A DNA stretch of 64,000 nt, taken from assembly GCA_977862235.1 (NCBI GenBank), contig OZ374562.1:1116001-1180000 (forward strand). Reading direction: 5' to 3'. Numbering within the stretch: the first letter of the stretch is position 1; each line of letters begins with the position of its first letter. The notes beneath the pieces were generated by a model. That model saw nothing but the letters and a program-made list of their open reading frames with translations. It did no database searches and was not told the origin of the DNA. This DNA comes from Dudresnaya verticillata. Its lineage: Eukaryota. Position numbers and translations under genes: made by a program. Positions 25,556 through 38,253 of this stretch are shown here, piece by piece.

Positions 25556-25611
25556 TGCTGCACGGTACCACTCTCCCTCCGTAGACGGAGGGAGAGTGGT
25601 ACCGTGCAGCA
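25556..25611. repeat. Perfect 27-bp inverted repeat with a 2-nt spacer
   Basis: TGCTGCACGGTACCACTCTCCCTCCGT-AG-ACGGAGGGAGAGTGGTACCGTGCAGCA. Confidence 0.97.
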
Positions 25612-26326
25612 CACACGTTTTCAGTCCATAAGCCAGGAGCCACATCCCCCTGCTAATTTCTCCCACTGAATGGATGATACCCCCGCTCTGCTCTGCCAGA
25701 AAGACGGCTACAATGCCACCAAACACGCTTCCCATGCTTTATCAACTCTCCTATCCTGTTTATTTCTGTACGCTTGCTGATTGTACTGTACTGTTGGGCT
25801 TCTCAGCGTGTAATTACACGCTTTAATATGTCTTCTCACCTACCAACGATCCAATACATCCACCTAGCTTGCCACCAAACTTGAATCCCTTTTTTCAACC
25901 AAACCACTGGTGTTTTCATGAGTACACTAGCCTAGCTATCAACGCCGATAGATCACGAGTCATACGTCCTTCTGCATGTCCACCCAACTGCTCCGTTGGA
26001 ATATTTGTAGTTCCCAGTTTGCTGATAAAGCACCGAATGGTCATCGACACAGACAGGGTACCCTGTAGATAAACAATCAAACAGAAAGACTTGCCGTAAC
26101 ATTGAGAATGGATAATACTCCGTGCAGTGCACAGCCTTGTCAATTCTGGCAGGGTCTAAGTGCAGGCCTCACTCTTCCACGACATTCCACCTCGCAGGGA
26201 TTGTACCCTTAGCACTGCCCCAGGTTCCCATTATCGGGAGTACCCCCAAGGAAGCGCGTGCTCTGGGGACCCAGCATATCTCTCCCCTCACAGGATGTCC
26301 AGAAAGGTGACCATTGTGGAAGAATG

Positions 26327-29072
26327 TTTTCGTGTCATGTACAGCCTTGTATCGGAATGAAAAGGTACTCTGGGGAATAGAGAGTCCTACCGAGCGTCCT
26401 ACAAAGGATCCACCTGTGCAAATATCGACGATATTCAGATTGTACTTTGTTACACATCGGAGGATAGCATCCAATAAGCCTATCGGATCGATTGAACTAG
26501 TTCAACCCTGGGAGCGCTCTACGTTAACACTATAGTTATTCTAAGCTTATATGGGAGCTTCGAGTCTCAGCCCCTGCCAAAACCGGACAAGTTCCGTCCT
26601 TTCTTTCAGAGTTGGCCTCTGAAGCGAAAGGAGACGCTGCTAATTACGCGGTGTGAACATTCACATTCAGTCATGCGTAATTCTCTTCCCTCGGATCATT
26701 TCACCGACCCGCAACCGCCAGATTACACTGACGTTCTCAATCGCCTTAGCGCTCTCAAGCTTGCTTAAAAGGCTCCTTTGTGGCCACGAGCAGATTTTGT
26801 TCAGCCCAACCAGACTGGTTACTTTAAACCCGACACTTTGTTACGCAGGGAAACCTACCGAAAGGACCGGCGCAATGGCAAAAAGTTGGATTATATCCAC
26901 TCAGCTGGTACCTGGGTCAAACAGACTCTTGAAGCCTTCTACCTTGCTGAAGTGGAGTCTGACGCAACAAAACTGGGGAGACTGATCAAGCTCGTACACA
27001 TATCCCCCGAAGGTGATAAGGAGGTGTTGGCGATGCGGACTGCGCATTTTGCAACGGTTATGGACAAGGGTCTGGTATTGACGCCACAGCTTGCTGACTT
27101 GGTTCAGTTCAAGGTCACCGCTCAAAGGGAACAGGTCTCATTGAAGGTGTATGCGTCGGTCTACAAGGCTCTTTCTGCCAAATACACCATCTAGACAGCC
27201 CAGGCATTGAGAAAACAGGAGGTTTCTAACGCAGACGGCAAGGGGACGTCTGGGTAACTCAATCGAGTCGTAACAACGCTCTAGGTCACGATGGCCATCG
27301 ACGAGCCTGTACTGCGAAGGCGAAAGACGGGGATTGCCCCAGAACCAGTGTTTGAAGTGATCCTCCCACGTGTGGTAGCTGGTGCCGGCGGTGATACCGG
27401 CACCGGTTGCGGTAGAGCTGTGGGGCACGGGGTGTGCCCCGGATGGTAGGTAGGGCACGGTCGGGCCGACTGTAAAACCCCGACCGAGCTGAAGTGGTTC
27501 ACCACGTACGTACAAAAACCGCCAAACAAGGGCGTCCAGTAGCAAACGAGGCTCGTGCCGGTGTGAAGCGGGTTACGTAGCCCAAGTCGCAAGCGGTGTC
27601 GTCACCGGTAGCGAGGATGGGGGTACCCAGACTTCAAGCACCGACTTGGCGATTTACTGAGACGGGGATTTTCCCGTATACTAAGTACTCTCGCGGGGAG
27701 GTGCGCTCGAGTGTCAGGCTCTATGCGCCTGCCCCTTGTCGCGCGCGCGCCCCGCGAGCTCGCTAAAATATCTGAGTAGAATTGCTACGCTCGCACTGTA
27801 AAGCAGTGTAATATAAAGGTGCGCATTGCTGGCGCGCACCCGATCGAGGACTCCCTGGGATATGTATGGCGCGCGTGCGCGCGTGTGAAACGTGGGTGAA
27901 TGCGCACATGTGTGTGCGTGTAAAACAGCGGGCGTCCACGAAAAAGTGCGATGGGTCCCTGCACTACAGAGCCCTCCCAGTGGAAACCGTCCTGGTCCCA
28001 GGGCAGGTGGTTCCACACAAAAAAACAAGCCTCTTATTGGCAGCTTATCGGCGCGACGGCGTACATAATACGTATCCTACAATATGGGATCTGGGACCCC
28101 CCGACACGCCTTTTACGGAAGGAGCAATCCTTTCACAGCTGCAACAGAACAAAGAATACATCCGATTCGCAATGGAAGATCTATACCAGGGGTGCAAGCT
28201 CGGATACTACCAGCAGGTGTCGGGAAAATACGCCAGACGCTGTGTAGGGCAACAGAAGCTAGTTTTTTACGCCTTCGTTGAGTAGCAGAACAGAAAACCG
28301 CGCCTCGTGATCAATATCAAACGTCAAAGTCAGCATTGGAAGAAACGCTCTGTTCCAATGGAATTTCTGAGTTCCTTCGCTGGCTGTTTGGTACGCCGCG
28401 ACTACCTCCTGTCATTGGACTGGAAGTCCGGTTATCGTAACTTCAGATTGCACCCACGTATGTGGGACTGGTTCATTTTCAGATATAACGGACAATTCTA
28501 TCCCTGTATAGCCTTACCCTTTGGGTGGACGCGCAGTCCCTTCTGGGTTTTTCATATCTTAAGCCCCCTGACAACGTATATGAGAGAACAGATAGGTATG
28601 CTCGTATTGGTGTGGCTGAACGATTACTTTATGGCCCCAGAAACAGGAGCACAACCCAGTACGTCGGCGGATTGCCTGAAAACCTGTCAGATACTAGTGG
28701 AGCTCTTTGGAAAGCTCGGTATGCTGCGTCACCCGGACAAAGGAGTTTTGGGGGAAGGCGCAACGCGTCCGGAGCTCCTCGGGGTCGTCATCGACACAGT
28801 AAGGTTCCGATTCTTCATTTCCCCCTCAAAGTTTGAAAAGCTACAGGGTATGGCTACACGCCTTCTGCGGCAGAGTGCTACCGGGCGCCGGTACGTCTCC
28901 GAGTCCCTTTTCACCTCATTCAAGAGCCGATCTGTCTCACAGCTCCTCCCGGTACCACTAGCCCGCTTCTTCACGCGGTTGCTATACAGCGATTTAAGAG
29001 ATTGCCCTCGTCGAGGGAAGGCAAAAGGGCGCCAAGTATCTTTGTCGAATCAGTCCCTTCAGGACCTTCGGT
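26327..29072 (+). mobile_element. YR (DIRS-order) retrotransposon, family B, 3'-truncated copy
   Basis: Colinear and highly similar to the reverse complement of 47015-49103. Terminal repeat 26327-26604, gag-like ORF, and RT motifs KPRLVIN, LDWKSGY, LPFGWTRSP, WLND. Truncated at an LTR fragment. Confidence 0.9.
27308..27968. mobile_element. Solo LTR inserted in the family-B copy
   Basis: TGTACTGC...GCACTACA termini with an exact 5-bp TSD GAGCC (27303-27307 and 27969-27973). Absent from the paralogous site near 48115-48120. Confidence 0.93.
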
Positions 29073-29528
29073 CCGCCGACCGCCGACGCGTGTCGGGGCG
29101 CGCCGGCGCACCTCCCGGGTTGGTGCCGCCCCAGGCCCTGTAGTCTATTGAGTAGTCCCCCCTCTGGGCTTGAGTAAACAAGGCAAGCCAGCCTACACCA
29201 GGCTTGCCCCTTTCTGCTTTGGTTTTCTTTCCCAATCCTTCACCCTACGGCTTCCCTCTTTCCCTATCCGCCTAGTCTTTCCTTTCCCTTTCCCTACCTT
29301 CAGCTTTGTGCCACCCCACGACGGGGACGCAGGGATCCGGCCGCTGCCGCCCGCGTACGGTCCGCCCCGTGCGCGCTCAGGCTTCGACGCCGTTGATCCG
29401 CGACAGTCGACGGCGCGCGCGGCCGACGCCACCGCTCTACCACAACCGCTACCACCCTTCGACGGGTCTGGATGCGACTACGAGACCAGCTGCGCTAGAC
29501 GTCAGTTCGACCTGACGCCTATGCCACA
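29073..29528 (+). mobile_element. Partial LTR (family 2, 3' half)
   Basis: Reverse-complement homolog of 35511-35960, ending ...GCCACA; no PBS follows. Confidence 0.88.
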
Positions 29529-29779
29529 GCAACGAACCCACAGTCCTACTCACTTTCGTTCATTGTCCGCTCACTACAGCAGTTGGGATCTTCATTGCGC
29601 TCCTCGAAGTTAATGAGGACGATACGTGCAGGAGCAGTGAGGAAGTATAATAACAATGGTATGGCAGGCACGTTGAAATGTTAATGTTTGATACGGGAAC
29701 GTACGTCTTTTATATCCAAGAATGCGGATATTACCTCTATAGGAATAACAACCGCGCAGAAAGTGTAAAACTTGGCAGT

Positions 29780-31175
29780 CTTCATCGTGTGAACATCCCA
29801 AGCGAAAAAAGCGGTCAAATCACTGAGAATCACTGGGGTCTTCCGGCCCGCTGAAGCGATATTTTTACTGCCTGGTCTGAAATGAACTATGAGGCTTGGA
29901 CGCATACAGGGCCAAAAGATGGTCGCCATCTTTCGCGAACTTGAGCAAAGGATTACAGATAATCTCCTCCTTGAGAGAGATATCATCGTGGTCGGGCTGC
30001 AGCTTTGCTACTCCTATTGTGTCCGTTCCGTCCAAAAGTAGAAAATTCATTCCCCCTCTGAAACAGGAGGCATCTGCGGAGATATGTTTGCTGTGAGCCG
30101 CTCCGCTCTCAGGTTGGGATTGACTGCCATTCTCATGCACTGCAGCAACTCTCTAATCGGTTTCAGAGTCTGGAGTCTTCTTCTTCTTTTTGGATGGAGC
30201 TCAACTGACGATTCTTCGCCTGTGGCCGTAACATTCGGGGGTTTGGAGAAATGGCCGTCCCCGAGCACATGTCACTTGCGAATCGTTGCAAACGCCGATG
30301 CGCGAGTCTGAAGGTTTCCGGAGTTGACTCAACTAGACTGCATGACCTTTCCGTTCTGATATAAGCTGTCCCCGTGCTCATTGTTCCAGCGCGGAAGTCC
30401 AAAACAGACCCATGGTCAGGACGGAGCGTAGTCAATACTTCGGTGAGAAGGTCGCTGTTCTTTTCCTCCGCGAGAACCGGATCCCTTAGGGTCCCTGAAC
30501 GTAGAAACGTCTGCTGGGGGACTGGCATTGTGACAACCGCGAACTTGCGGCTCTCTTGACTTGGTAAGAAATTATAGGGACTAGTTGTGTCAGGATTGAA
30601 ACTATTTTGAGACATGCCTCTCTTCCATACAAACAATTCTGCCTCGGCATCGTTATGTAGCCCTTTCCGTCGACTCGTTTGCACCGTTCTGGTATCCTTA
30701 GTCATGATGAAAGGGAAGCCCTTTTACCAAGTCGTAAAAGGTAGTTTCGATAAAATGGGCATGATCGTGCTTCTCGTTTTGATGTTGTGCAAGTTGGCGA
30801 AGTTCTTGTATGCTGTTTCCGCCTTTTACGAGTGTGATGGGGCAAACAAGAGTGCGCCTGGATACTATTCCATTAGCTCCAAAATGACGATCGGCCTGTG
30901 TAGTCCATCAATAATACCTTAGCATTTCGATCGAGTTGCGGCTTTTGCACTGCCTCCTCCTCCGTATAGTACTTTTCATTCTTTTTCCCCGTTTTCTAAA
31001 GATGGTCGACCACGGTTCCCTTCAGGAAATCAGTCAGGTGAATAACAATGGGGGAATCAAACCCGGCAATTTGAGACATTTTGCCCGTTGGGGTGTTCTT
31101 GGAATCGGGTGACATGTAGAAGCGAGTCTTCAGCCGTTGCACCCCAGAACGGAATACTCGACGAATAGGGTTCAC
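29780..31175 (-). pseudogene. Decayed fusion of a ParB-like domain and a beta-class N4C/N6A DNA methyltransferase
   Basis: The minus strand reads NPIRRVFRSGVQRLK...GFDSPIVIHL, then after a frameshift GIIDGLHR (30918-30895; ParB/Srx motif). ORF 30705-30163 has EEKNSDLLTEVLTTLRPDHGSVLDFRAGTMSTGTAYIRTERSCSLVESTPETFRLAHRRL (N6_N4_Mtase motifs X, I, II). The catalytic DPPY/SPPY motif was not found. Confidence 0.7.
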
Positions 31176-34100
31176 GGGATGCTTGACTTTGAATCAATTC
31201 GGATGTTCACAGAGCTTTCCATTACATCCGCAAAAAGGGCATTAACTGGAGCAGACGCTTGAGGGTTGGTGGGATCAGGACATACTGTAGAAACGCTTTT
31301 TACCGCTTTTGCCTGCAGTAGGTTTGTTTCTGCCGATATCGGCAGAAGACAAAATGTAGAGGGTCTGGAACGAGAACAGATATGTGCTGGTGTTCGAGGC
31401 GGAGGTAAGAACAGAGATGCAGTTACTTGGGTGTGTTTTTTCCTAAATTAGAAGACTACATTCACAGGACGTTTCCTCGAGCGGTTCTGGGGGCGAGTGT
31501 TCCCCGGGAAACATTATGCCTAGCCATCTAAATTTCCCGGCGTGATGCTCCTGATTTAAGCAACGATGCACCTACCGGCTTTGTGCATATTTGAGCTGCA
31601 TTAATCTCTGTACCCTGCTGTCGTGCGTGTCCCAGGCCAAGAGTCCCACCGACCTTCCTTTCAGCATATGCTGTTCTTCACGCAGATAACTGGACTTTCA
31701 TTTTGATACATCGGCGTGTGAGAATGTAATAGAGTCACCGTGGATTCTGGAAACCCTAAAACCTTTTCATGACGGAGTGTACTATTTCAGACACTCCTCT
31801 CCATACGGTTTGAGTTTACGTGCGTTCCAAGATGCCATGCTTATGAAGTGGAATCCCGATAGATGCAACCTATCGGGAGATGGGGTCCTGTTGAAACTAG
31901 CCGGAGGTTGCACTAGAGCGGGAGGTATCGTAACTTTTAGTACCTCTTTGCGCTCTATTTGTCGTGTATTGTACCTGCTGTACCGTTGATAGCCGTACAG
32001 TACTGTATCCTTCACGGTCATTAGTAGTGAAAAAAGCTGTATTGACGTTCGAGTATCGTCTTCGACAGTTGCAGCAAACGGGATTTGCAACATTCCTGTT
32101 TTTTAGTTACTTTTGGGGAGGAACCAAAACGGTGGTTGGGGTTCGGCTGCAGCAACCGCGTGGTTGCGCCTATCAGGGGTTGCTATTACCGGGATTCCAC
32201 TGTATACATTTCTGCACATGCAGTGGTAATAAAAGTTGAATAAAGGAAGCGTCCATTCCAACCAGGCAATGGAGTGGAGAATTTTGCGGACATTTGATGT
32301 TTGAATTTAATGTTTGTTTAACGTGTTCTTGTGCAAGCGATGATGGCTCATAGGCATGCACACAGTGCACCGCAGCACTGATAATCGTCGAGAAGCAGTC
32401 CGAAGTAGTGAAGGCAGCATATCCCATCAGAAGCTGACCGACCTTTACTGGCCATCTGCTATCGGGGTATCAGCCCGTATTTCGAAATGGAGAAGCAAGA
32501 AACCCTGTCTCGCAAAACATTTAAGGATATCACGGACATAGCGGAGCTCTGCAGACCGCACGAAAGTGTGCAGGAGATGGTTATTCGCATCGGAGAGGAT
32601 AGCTTTGTAGCAACGGTTGGATCTGTACTGTCGAAAGGAATGGAAGTGAAGGGATTGGAAGAACTCAGAATCAGACTATTTGATCGCTCTGTGTTTTCAG
32701 TGTTCAAGAGAGATTTAATGGGTTAAGGCTCGGAACATGGTAATGTGCAAGAAGAGAAGGGAAGATCGTTCAGGGAATTTATCGGCACAATCCAGTAGAG
32801 AGAGGAGAAGAAGTTAATGGCAGATCCTGCGATGTTTATCCTGGTCGAAGTTGCCTCTATAGAGAGGAAGACGTTCAGAACTGTCCGGGTGCGGAACGCG
32901 CACTATGTAGCGCGACAATTATACCAACACCAACGCCAAGAAACGGAAACATTAAAGGACCTGAGTACGTTGGCATGACAGAGGTGTGATTCTGCTATTT
33001 GGACCCATGCCTACCAAAAGCGCATAAATCTAAATGTTGCAGTTCTGTAGTAGTCAGATGTCATAGTCAGGGCAGGAGATCTTCTGTGCCAGCGATGCCG
33101 ACCGTACTTCAGCAACACTCAATTGTACCAAAAGAGATGCAGGAATGCGGCAGAGGCGTTAAACATTAACAGACTCGTGTGCTAGAAACTATCATTTCTC
33201 GGACCAATTCTTGACAACAATGGGATGGGTTTGAATGTGTCGGGGTAGGGGAAACTGGGGTTCGAAGGACTTTCTGCACCTGTACGGAAATAGATCGACC
33301 TAGTTCGAACTGATGTTTGAACATCAGTACTAACACGGAGTATCACAACTATGCATATGCCAACAGGGTCATGAGGGACATGTCTGATTGTCACAGTACA
33401 AGATTCTGATTGCACATTATGGACCATATAATAATCTGATAGTAAAACACACCCGGAAGAAACTCGTGATGCCAAGACGTAGTACTTCCAGTGATTGAAA
33501 CGTGTTGTGTTCATATGAGCCCTGGCCGTATGGACTTGTCGATGTGAACGTAGACGGATTCCTACGTTATTCGTGCATGTGGAACGGAGTGCTTTGAGAT
33601 CCCACATACGTCACGCTGTGTGCGACTCTCTGCCCGTACTTCATGGCAAGAATGCAAATCTCGAATTGAAACCAATTAAGGAGAGTAAGATATCAAAAAC
33701 GACATCAGCAGATGTACCACCCCTGTCGATCAGGGGTGACAGCGCGGGCCATTGCCTCTTGCGCCGGTGTGAGCGGAGGGATCCTCCTCGGCAGGACTGC
33801 GTCAATGCGTCCTGATATGTCGAGGGTGTCCTCGGCTTGCGCCGCCCCGGCTGTCGACAGCGCGGGCACGACCATGACGGGTTCGAAACCATCGTCATCG
33901 AGCGCCACCAACATCGTGCCGTCGAAGGCCGCTTCCCTATCGGGGGTGTGTGGTGCCTCGATAAGCAGCGTGCGGCCGCTTGCCGAACTGCTCCCCCTAC
34001 CGCGCCCCTAAGCGATAGCCGGCGTCGACGCCTTGGCCATGCGGGCGCGGTACATTGTGCCCTCACTGTGGGCGATCCGACGAACGGTACTGAAGATGGT

Positions 34101-35493
34101 CTGCTCGACCATCGGCATCTCCCTTACCTTCTCCGCCACTGCGGGTCGGGTGGTCGGAAGCAGACCACGCAGGAACTGGTGTGTCAGGTTCTCGTCTGAG
34201 TAGATGCCGGCACAGTCATCTGCGTAGCCCTCTAGACGAGAGGCGAACTCGAGTTCTGACTTGGCGTCCGCTGCCGGACGGTGGTCAGTCGGTCGTGTGC
34301 GTCGGCGATCATGTCGTCGGTGACGAACCTCTCGACGAGGGTATTGACCACCGAGGCCCAGCACGGGGGGTGCCGCGACTAGTCGTCCGGACCCCCGAGA
34401 AAAGGTGACTCGAATACACCTGGGATGCCGTTCCGTCTCGGAACCAGGATACCACTCTCGCCGCTGCGCCTTCCCACAGGCCTACGCCTTTGAAGGCTTG
34501 GCGTAGCTGTCAAAGCACGCCAAGCAAGCGGATGGGCTCCTTGCCGTCGTAGCGATCTAGCCACGGCATGAGAGCCTTCATCCTGCTGACAATCTTGGCG
34601 GTGTTGCCATTGCCGACTTGCTGCTGATTTTCCCGCTGTCCTATTTCGTCTAGACGATAGGAGCGGTAATCGATCGCCTTTGCGAATTCGGGGACCAAGG
34701 TGCTCAGCGGCTCGACACCCGGCATCAATGGTACCCAGTGTCAGTAAGCCGACACGGGAACTTCGTGTGGTGAGGGGCTAGACGCCCCTCCAATTCCGCG
34801 CCCGTCGAGGGCGCGTTGCAGTAGCTTGGGGTCGACCTCGTAGAAGGGTTCGTCATCTGTTGTAGGGCGAGGGGACCCTTGCCCACTCCTAGGCGGAGAG
34901 GATGATGGAGAAAAGGGAGTTCGCTGAGCACGACGCTCAGCGAGGAGGGCTTTGGCCAGCTCGCGAACCGGATCCGCTTAAGACGGCGATCACGGAGGAC
35001 GGCTCCGCACCGGCGACGGGCTAGGCGCCCGCGGGTCATACCGCGCCGTTGCGTGCTCAATCAACTCAACGCGTTGGCGTAGCTCGTCGAGGAGCCCTTG
35101 CGTTCGGGTTAATCCTTCCTCGACGGAAGCGAGAGTTCCGCGTCGAAGAGAATCCAGGTCACGCTGACCTTGTGCCCGCGCTTCTGCGACTGAGGCCATG
35201 AAGGTGGTATAAACTTCCGAGAGTGAGTCCATCGTCTCCTCGTAGATTAACTGGAGGTCGATCGCAGAGGCCGATATCCATCCTAGGGCCTTGGCTATAG
35301 CCGCCCTGCGCTCGATGCGCGGTTCCTCTAAGGGAGCTCCTGAGACGCCGACGTTACTCAGCAGGGAAGTGCGTCGACTGCCAACTTCACCTGCCGCGGC
35401 GTCTCCCGAACCAGCAGCAGCCGAAATAGGTAGCAGCGGTATTCTTGGCCTCGATCGCGTCGACGCGAGAGTTGATAGGGTCTTCTGCGACTT

Positions 35494-35509
35494 CTAGGTC
35501 GGGAGACCA
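35494..35509 (-). other. Primer-binding site (TGGTCTCCCGACCTAG)
   Basis: Starts with TGG one nt after the LTR's terminal CA, complementary to a tRNA 3' end ...GGGAGACCA. The tRNA identity is not established. Confidence 0.8.
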
Positions 35510-35510
35510 G

Positions 35511-36348
35511 TGTGGCACAGACGTCAGGTCGAACTGACGTCTAGCGCAGCTGGTCTCGTCGTCGCTCCCAGACCCGTCGAAGGGTGGTAGTGGTAGGTGG
35601 TGCAGCGCTGGTGTCGGCCGCGCGCGCCGTCGACGGTCGCGGATCAACGGCTTCGAAGCCTGAGCGCGCACGGGGCGGACCGTACGCGGGCGGCAGCGAC
35701 CGGATTCCTGCGTCCCCGTCGTGGGGCGGCACGAAGCCGACGGTGGGAAAAGGAAAAGGAAATCCTAGGAGGCTAGGGAAAGAGGGAAGCCACAGGGCGA
35801 GAGACTGGGAAAGAAACCCAAAGCAGAAAGGGGCAAGCCTGGCGTAGGCTGGCTTGCGTTGTTTACTCAAGCCCAGAGGGGCGGCTACTAAATAGACTAC
35901 AGGGCCTGCGGCGGCACCAACCCGGGAGGTACGCCGGCGCGCCCCGACACGCGTCGGTGCGTACGGGTAACGGTAACCCGGGGGCGCGCGTGGACAGAAC
36001 GGTCCACACGTACTCAACGGCTCGACGCCGGAATACGCGCGCGCGTGTCACGCACTCAACGGCTCTACGCCGGAGTGCGTGCGCACGGCGCGCGGGACAG
36101 CAGGGCGTTCGACCACCGCTTACACTAGACAGTGCTCTACACTACATCAAAATAAACGTAGAAATTACATGGGAGTTTCAGTGTCACACGCGTACACGTG
36201 CACGCGCGGGCGCCACAGCGCACTTCCTTACAGTTCAGCGGGGCTTCGGCGCCACCGGCTGACAGCGTGCGCATAGCGGTGCACACGTGGCGCAGCTGCT
36301 CTTACAGCTGCGCGTGCGTGGCACAGCTGGTCTTACAGATATTCCACA
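35511..36348 (-). repeat. 5' LTR (family 2)
   Basis: TGTGG...CCACA termini. Homologous to 29073-29528 and 62160-62809, and more distantly to 49519-50839. Confidence 0.88.
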
Positions 36349-36359
36349 GTATTTAGACA

Positions 36360-37850
36360 GTCATCTAAAACGACCTCCTTGGGTTCTGGGTACGCAACCA
36401 GCGCCCGGCTCTCGGAGTCTTCGGGAACCTCTTTTCTTCTTGTTTCGGTGTCTTCGAGTACGTGTTCGCTGATACGGCCGAGTCTCGCTTTCGATAGCCT
36501 CGCCGACCCGGATTGTCCCCGGTGATTGTTAGCTCGCTGTTATCCATTCCGCACACGTATTCGTTGACATGATGTTCCTCGGCGTCGATAGCCCTGCGCT
36601 AAAATGCTATTCTCCTTTCCCTCTGTTCGTTCTATCTTTGGCTACGAGGCAACCAGTTCGGCTCCGTAGCCATCGCGCACAGTACGAGACTTCTCCGTGT
36701 CACCGTGGAATATTCGTTATACCACAAGAATCCTACCGAAGTGGTTTCTCATGACAGGCCTTCTCCTCGCCTGTACATTCTAGGCCGGAAGACTAAAAGC
36801 TGTGTTACAGTACGAAATATCCGAAACGCTGGAGACACATCCCTCGCAGTAGCTCGAGCTGTAGGTTCCTAGATGTCCGTACGGTAACCGGGGTAGTAGA
36901 AAAATTCGAGAGCTGTGAAGGAGAAGTCGTTTAAAAGGGACTTTATGGTCAGATGTAGGGAACGATTCGGCTTGAGGAAGGTTCAGTGCCTGGACGGCCA
37001 ATCTGTATCGGAGGTGGTAGTTTGTGCGAACATGGAACCAACGAGGGAATAACTGTGAAAATGGGGCGAAACAAAGGCAAAAAGTCAGAAAACGGAAATG
37101 AAAAGGGTATGTTTCACGGGGAAGATAGTTTACCTCTTTTGCTCCGGAACCGTATCGAATGAAATACTCTAATGGTACCGTCCCTTGTAGGTTGCTTGGA
37201 ATATCAGTGCGCTCCATCAATCATAAGACAAAGGATGTGGATATTCTACACTAAGCAATACCGCGCCAGAATGATTACAGACGCGAGCAAGACCTCCACC
37301 GGTATTGGTGTAATGCTAAGCCGTGTAATATGATTGTTCGAAGCTCCACACTACGCTTTGGGATACCATTGAGCGGTTCCGGAAACTATTTCAGGGCCAG
37401 ATTTGAACGGCTTCCACCGTTAGCTACACGTACGCATCCGCTCGGAAGACCAAATCGCGTCCGCTATCGCCGAGAAAAATGTGCTACAGCACAGCAGACG
37501 CCGTGGTTGCTACGTATTGGTTGGGTGCGAGCCGTTTCCCAATTTGGCGCGTGTTTGTAACCGTTTATATAGTTTGAAGATATTCTAGTTCGATAGTAGA
37601 GCGAACCAAGGTACGAAACCAGCGCCTGGAACTCGTAGTATTCAATGAAAGTGTTTTTATCGTGTTTGGATGTCTTCGTCTTCGCGTCCGAGGGTACGGT
37701 TGAGTCTCTCCTTCGGTAGCTTCGCGTACCTGACTATTTACCTGTGAATATCCCCGCGAAAGTCTCTTTCTTCGGCTCCGCGGCTCGTTAATACTGTGGC
37801 CCACAGCATCGATCATCCAGCTATAGGACGCCACACTGCCCTGTTTTTTC
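36360..37850 (+). mobile_element. Decayed Gypsy leader/gag-like relic, paralog of the element that hosts the Copia
   Basis: 36390-36600 aligns by eye with 55180-55323 joined to 59685-59760. A third similar segment lies near 37670-37740. Confidence 0.5.
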
Positions 37851-38253
37851 TCTCCGTGTTTTCCTGTTTACTTACAGCTGCGAGTCTTACCGGCGTTTTA
37901 GTTGACTATATATTCGCAATAGCACAACGAATAGAAGAATGCGGATGAAACATTCCGTGCCGGGCCATGAAAAAGGACCTTCGGCCCAGCGGATCGATAT
38001 AGAGGTGTTTACGCTTTTAACGCAGTCGTTGTTGCAGGGTTATTGTACGTGGTATATATTCAGGCTCCAAAAAATCATGAATGTCTAGTGAAAGCTTGAA
38101 ATCACGTTCTGTTTACCAAAATAAGGATATCGGCCTCAAGGAATGGATACCAACTGCATAAGGCAATGTAGGAAGGTGGCTAAAGAATGTAAAAAGAATA
38201 ATTAGAACAAACTAGAACAGACATCATGAGGATAAGGGTCGGTCATGGTCGGG

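Larger units (their letters stand above)
33705..36348 (-). mobile_element. Gypsy-like LTR retrotransposon 5' part (LTR, PBS, decayed gag), truncated
   Basis: LTR 35511-36348 with a PBS just inside it. gag-like fragments LVPEFAKAIDYRSYRL, YDGKEPIRLLGVL and EFASRLEGYADDCAGIYSDENLTHQFLRGL. Confidence 0.85.

Noticed and set aside
29530..29700. ARIVLINFEERNEDPNC as a possible SET-domain motif downstream of the MTase
   Set aside because: The resemblance is too weak, and no other SET motifs are visible.
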